In this document: piece after piece, positions 61,901 through 64,000 of the stretch
How the letters are laid out: each line of letters opens with the position of its first letter
Numbering within the stretch: position 1 is the first letter of the stretch
DNA from: Microthyrium microscopicum
Lineage: Eukaryota
Direction of reading: 5' to 3'
Assembly (NCBI GenBank): GCA_010405405.1
Contig: MU004243.1
Span: forward strand, 677,340 to 741,339
DNA length: 64,000 nt
Position numbers and translations under genes: made by a program
Notes under the pieces: generated by a model
The model's input: only the letters and a program-made list of their open reading frames with translations
Told to the model about the DNA's origin: nothing
The model's database searches: none

Positions 61901-62538
61901 AGCTAGTTCAAGCTACACGCTGACGAAATGTGTTTGTCTTAAGATAGTTGCGGAAAGGTGTTAGCATAACAATGGTGCTGAATAGCAGAGGCAACGCAAG
62001 AACTTGAGCGATGGCGCAGAAGGCTCACTGCAGGATTCGAGACGAGGTTAGTTGAAGATGATGATGGGGGATCGTGGAGGGGTACGCGAGTACAGAAAGC
62101 TAAGGAGGTTGCAGGAACTGGAATGTGTAAGAGAACTAAATATATAGCTTGTGCAGCGTAAGTTTCTATAGACCTGTCGCTCGAGTGAAGTGACGGCTTG
62201 CTTCGGTGACTATTTTAGAACGAGGTTGTAGAGCGAAGCAGAAGCCGATAAGCAAGTCAGTGACCGAGCTATACGTTAGTGCAAGAGCATTCCAAACCTT
62301 GGCTGATAGCGATGAGGCTGGGTCTCACCTGGACGAGTTCTATCCGATTGAGGGGAGGAGCTTGAACGAGCCAATTTGGGGAATGAGAGGTTACATCGGG
62401 CATCGCTGACAAAATAGCTAACACAAGTCGGTACGATCAGCTAGGCTGCCAGCTGGTAAGAGTTTAGATAGGAAAATTAGGTCACTGAAGTGATCAGGAT
62501 AGAGTGATAAAATTGTCTACCTCTATATATTGTCAGCT

Positions 62539-62564
62539 ATAAGGCTGGGGAGCATTCTGATTGG
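62539..62564 (-). promoter_or_regulatory. Family bipartite element upstream of paralog 8
   Basis: Minus strand CCAATCAG-AATGCTC-CCCAGCCTTAT. Confidence 0.7.
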
Positions 62565-63119
62565 CCAATATTACCTTCCAATGCTACAATTGTACTGTAC
62601 AGTACAATGTTGAAGGCCAACTCGTTAAATCCTAACTTGGCAGGCACTACTTATTACTTCAACTAGAGATAATAGCGGCGACTTGGTAACATCGTTTCAG
62701 TGAGCTACTCTTCCCGTCCTATATGAATCTTTGGAGTGCAATTGCCATTTTCAACCCCGGATTTTGCAAAACTCTAGAATTATATCGCAAATAAAGCTGG
62801 TTACTTGCAAGCAAGTCAACTGATTTACTGAACCCAAGGTAGATTATCAGACTCTGTAGAATCAATTGTCTCTCTTAAACGACAAGCACCCGTAGTTATC
62901 CTACTCCAGAGTATCGTTGACGTTGAAAACTGTGGCGACAGGTTTTGCACAGCCACAATTCTAAATATAGATTCTATCTCGACCCCTTTTCCAGCATGTT
63001 AAGCTTCATTTTATTCTCCAACTGCAACCGAACATTTCCCAGCTCAGCGAAAGTGAACCGGCCTCATCATTGCAGAGTTTGCCTTTCACCCAGCATGGGT
63101 TTCCTAATCATCAATTATC

Positions 63120-64000
63120 ATGGCGACACACATCACCGCGCATCAAAACTTGCTGATACACTTCGCGTCCTCGCGCCTACGACTGGATCCCTGGATCCCG
63201 TCTGTTTATGCATGGACGCTTGAGGTGCTCGGCTTTTATCTACGGATGTGCAGCTTCCAGTCTCCTGTTGCAATGGCAAATGGTCCACTATCTCGTCCTA
63301 TGCTCCCAATGCTTCTCGTCGCTACCAAGCCAATCCGAACTCACATAATGTCAAACAAAGGCCGATTGAGCAATAACCAGGCATATAACGAGTCTATCAA
63401 CAGATTCTATTGTCTAATATTATGGCACATGCTCATACTAGCGCTTCATCATCAGTCATCGCCAATTGTTTCGATCCGACTCAACAGCTTTATAGACTGG
63501 CCTTACAAATCCACGATCGTATACTTCGTCATCAAAGTTTCTATTGTATCAGAGCTTGGTATCGCTTGGAAATATGAGCCAGTGGAGTCTGCTTTAAGAT
63601 TGTTTCACCGAACATATCGCTTGGTTCCATTTATGCTCAGACTTGTGTTTGGGGACATTGTTTGGTCCACTCCAGGTCATCTAGGCCCGCTCCTCGCGAA
63701 GGCAGCCACGATGACCGCTTTCTTCTATCTCAGCAGTTTTCTCTTCGAGGCGATTGGCAATTGCTTATCCATGTTATATCGAGGAGCGATTTACTTCGAC
63801 AGAAGAGAGTGGTACTGGCCAGTTTGGGAATTCGCAGTTTGCTTGAGCTGGTACGTTGGGCAGCAACTGAAGCCGTCGGAACTGTCGGAACATCTCGATA
63901 ATAGGACTCGGGCTTGTTCGAAACAATTCGAATACACGACTTTGCCAGCTGATAAAGACACCATTCGGTTACTGCTAATTCACCCAAGACCTCCCACGAG
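63120..64000 (+). CDS. 5' part of a probable HET-domain (heterokaryon incompatibility-type) protein; runs off window end
   Basis: Stop-free frame from ATG 63120 to the window end (absent from the ORF track), ending FEYTTLPADKDTIRLLLIHP, the Y..L....IRLL.(L/I).P motif that typically precedes fungal HET domains. Confidence 0.6.
   Translation, partial: MATHITAHQNLLIHFASSRLRLDPWIPSVYAWTLEVLGFYLRMCSFQSPVAMANGPLSRPMLPMLLVATKPIRTHIMSNKGRLSNNQAYNESINRFYCLILWHMLILALHHQSSPIVSIRLNSFIDWPYKSTIVYFVIKVSIVSELGIAWKYEPVESALRLFHRTYRLVPFMLRLVFGDIVWSTPGHLGPLLAKAATMTAFFYLSSFLFEAIGNCLSMLYRGAIYFDRREWYWPVWEFAVCLSWYVGQQLKPSELSEHLDNRTRACSKQFEYTTLPADKDTIRLLLIHPRPPT

Noticed and set aside
1..64000. tRNA/rRNA genes
   Set aside because: No cloverleaf or rRNA-like conserved segments were recognised by eye; a tRNAscan-SE/Infernal run would be needed to exclude them formally.

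Overview
Eukaryotic (filamentous ascomycete-type) genomic DNA with short GT-AG introns and CTRAC/CTAAC branch sites. Bases 1-3213 are a RIP-degraded, TpA-rich LTR-retrotransposon relic that ends in a polypurine tract and an almost unmutated ~206-bp LTR. Next come four small co-oriented coiled-coil genes, two TA-flanked TIR elements and a run of ordinary genes: alpha/beta hydrolase, PAP2 phosphatase, amidase, DUF2786-like protein, mitochondrial bL31, flavin-reductase-like protein, aldo-keto reductase, SHM2, RPA34, GRC3, SDR, GH15 glucoamylase, mitochondrial TyrRS, MSH6, a small secreted protein, and the 5' part of a probable HET-domain gene. The most striking structure is a family of eight diverged F-box-like/2EXR-like paralogs (one at 7-8 kb, five in tandem at 31-43 kb, two at 58-62 kb). 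They share a W(F/Y)RAIALAKRNIFAGL motif, and each has a version of a fixed-spacing bipartite element (CCAATCAG-N7-YTCAGCCTTAT) 320-680 bp upstream. Several carry private long introns, some folding as hairpins, and two carry single-base frameshifts. The GRC3 homologue appears to have lost its Walker A lysine. All family assignments come from motif recognition by eye; no database searches were run.
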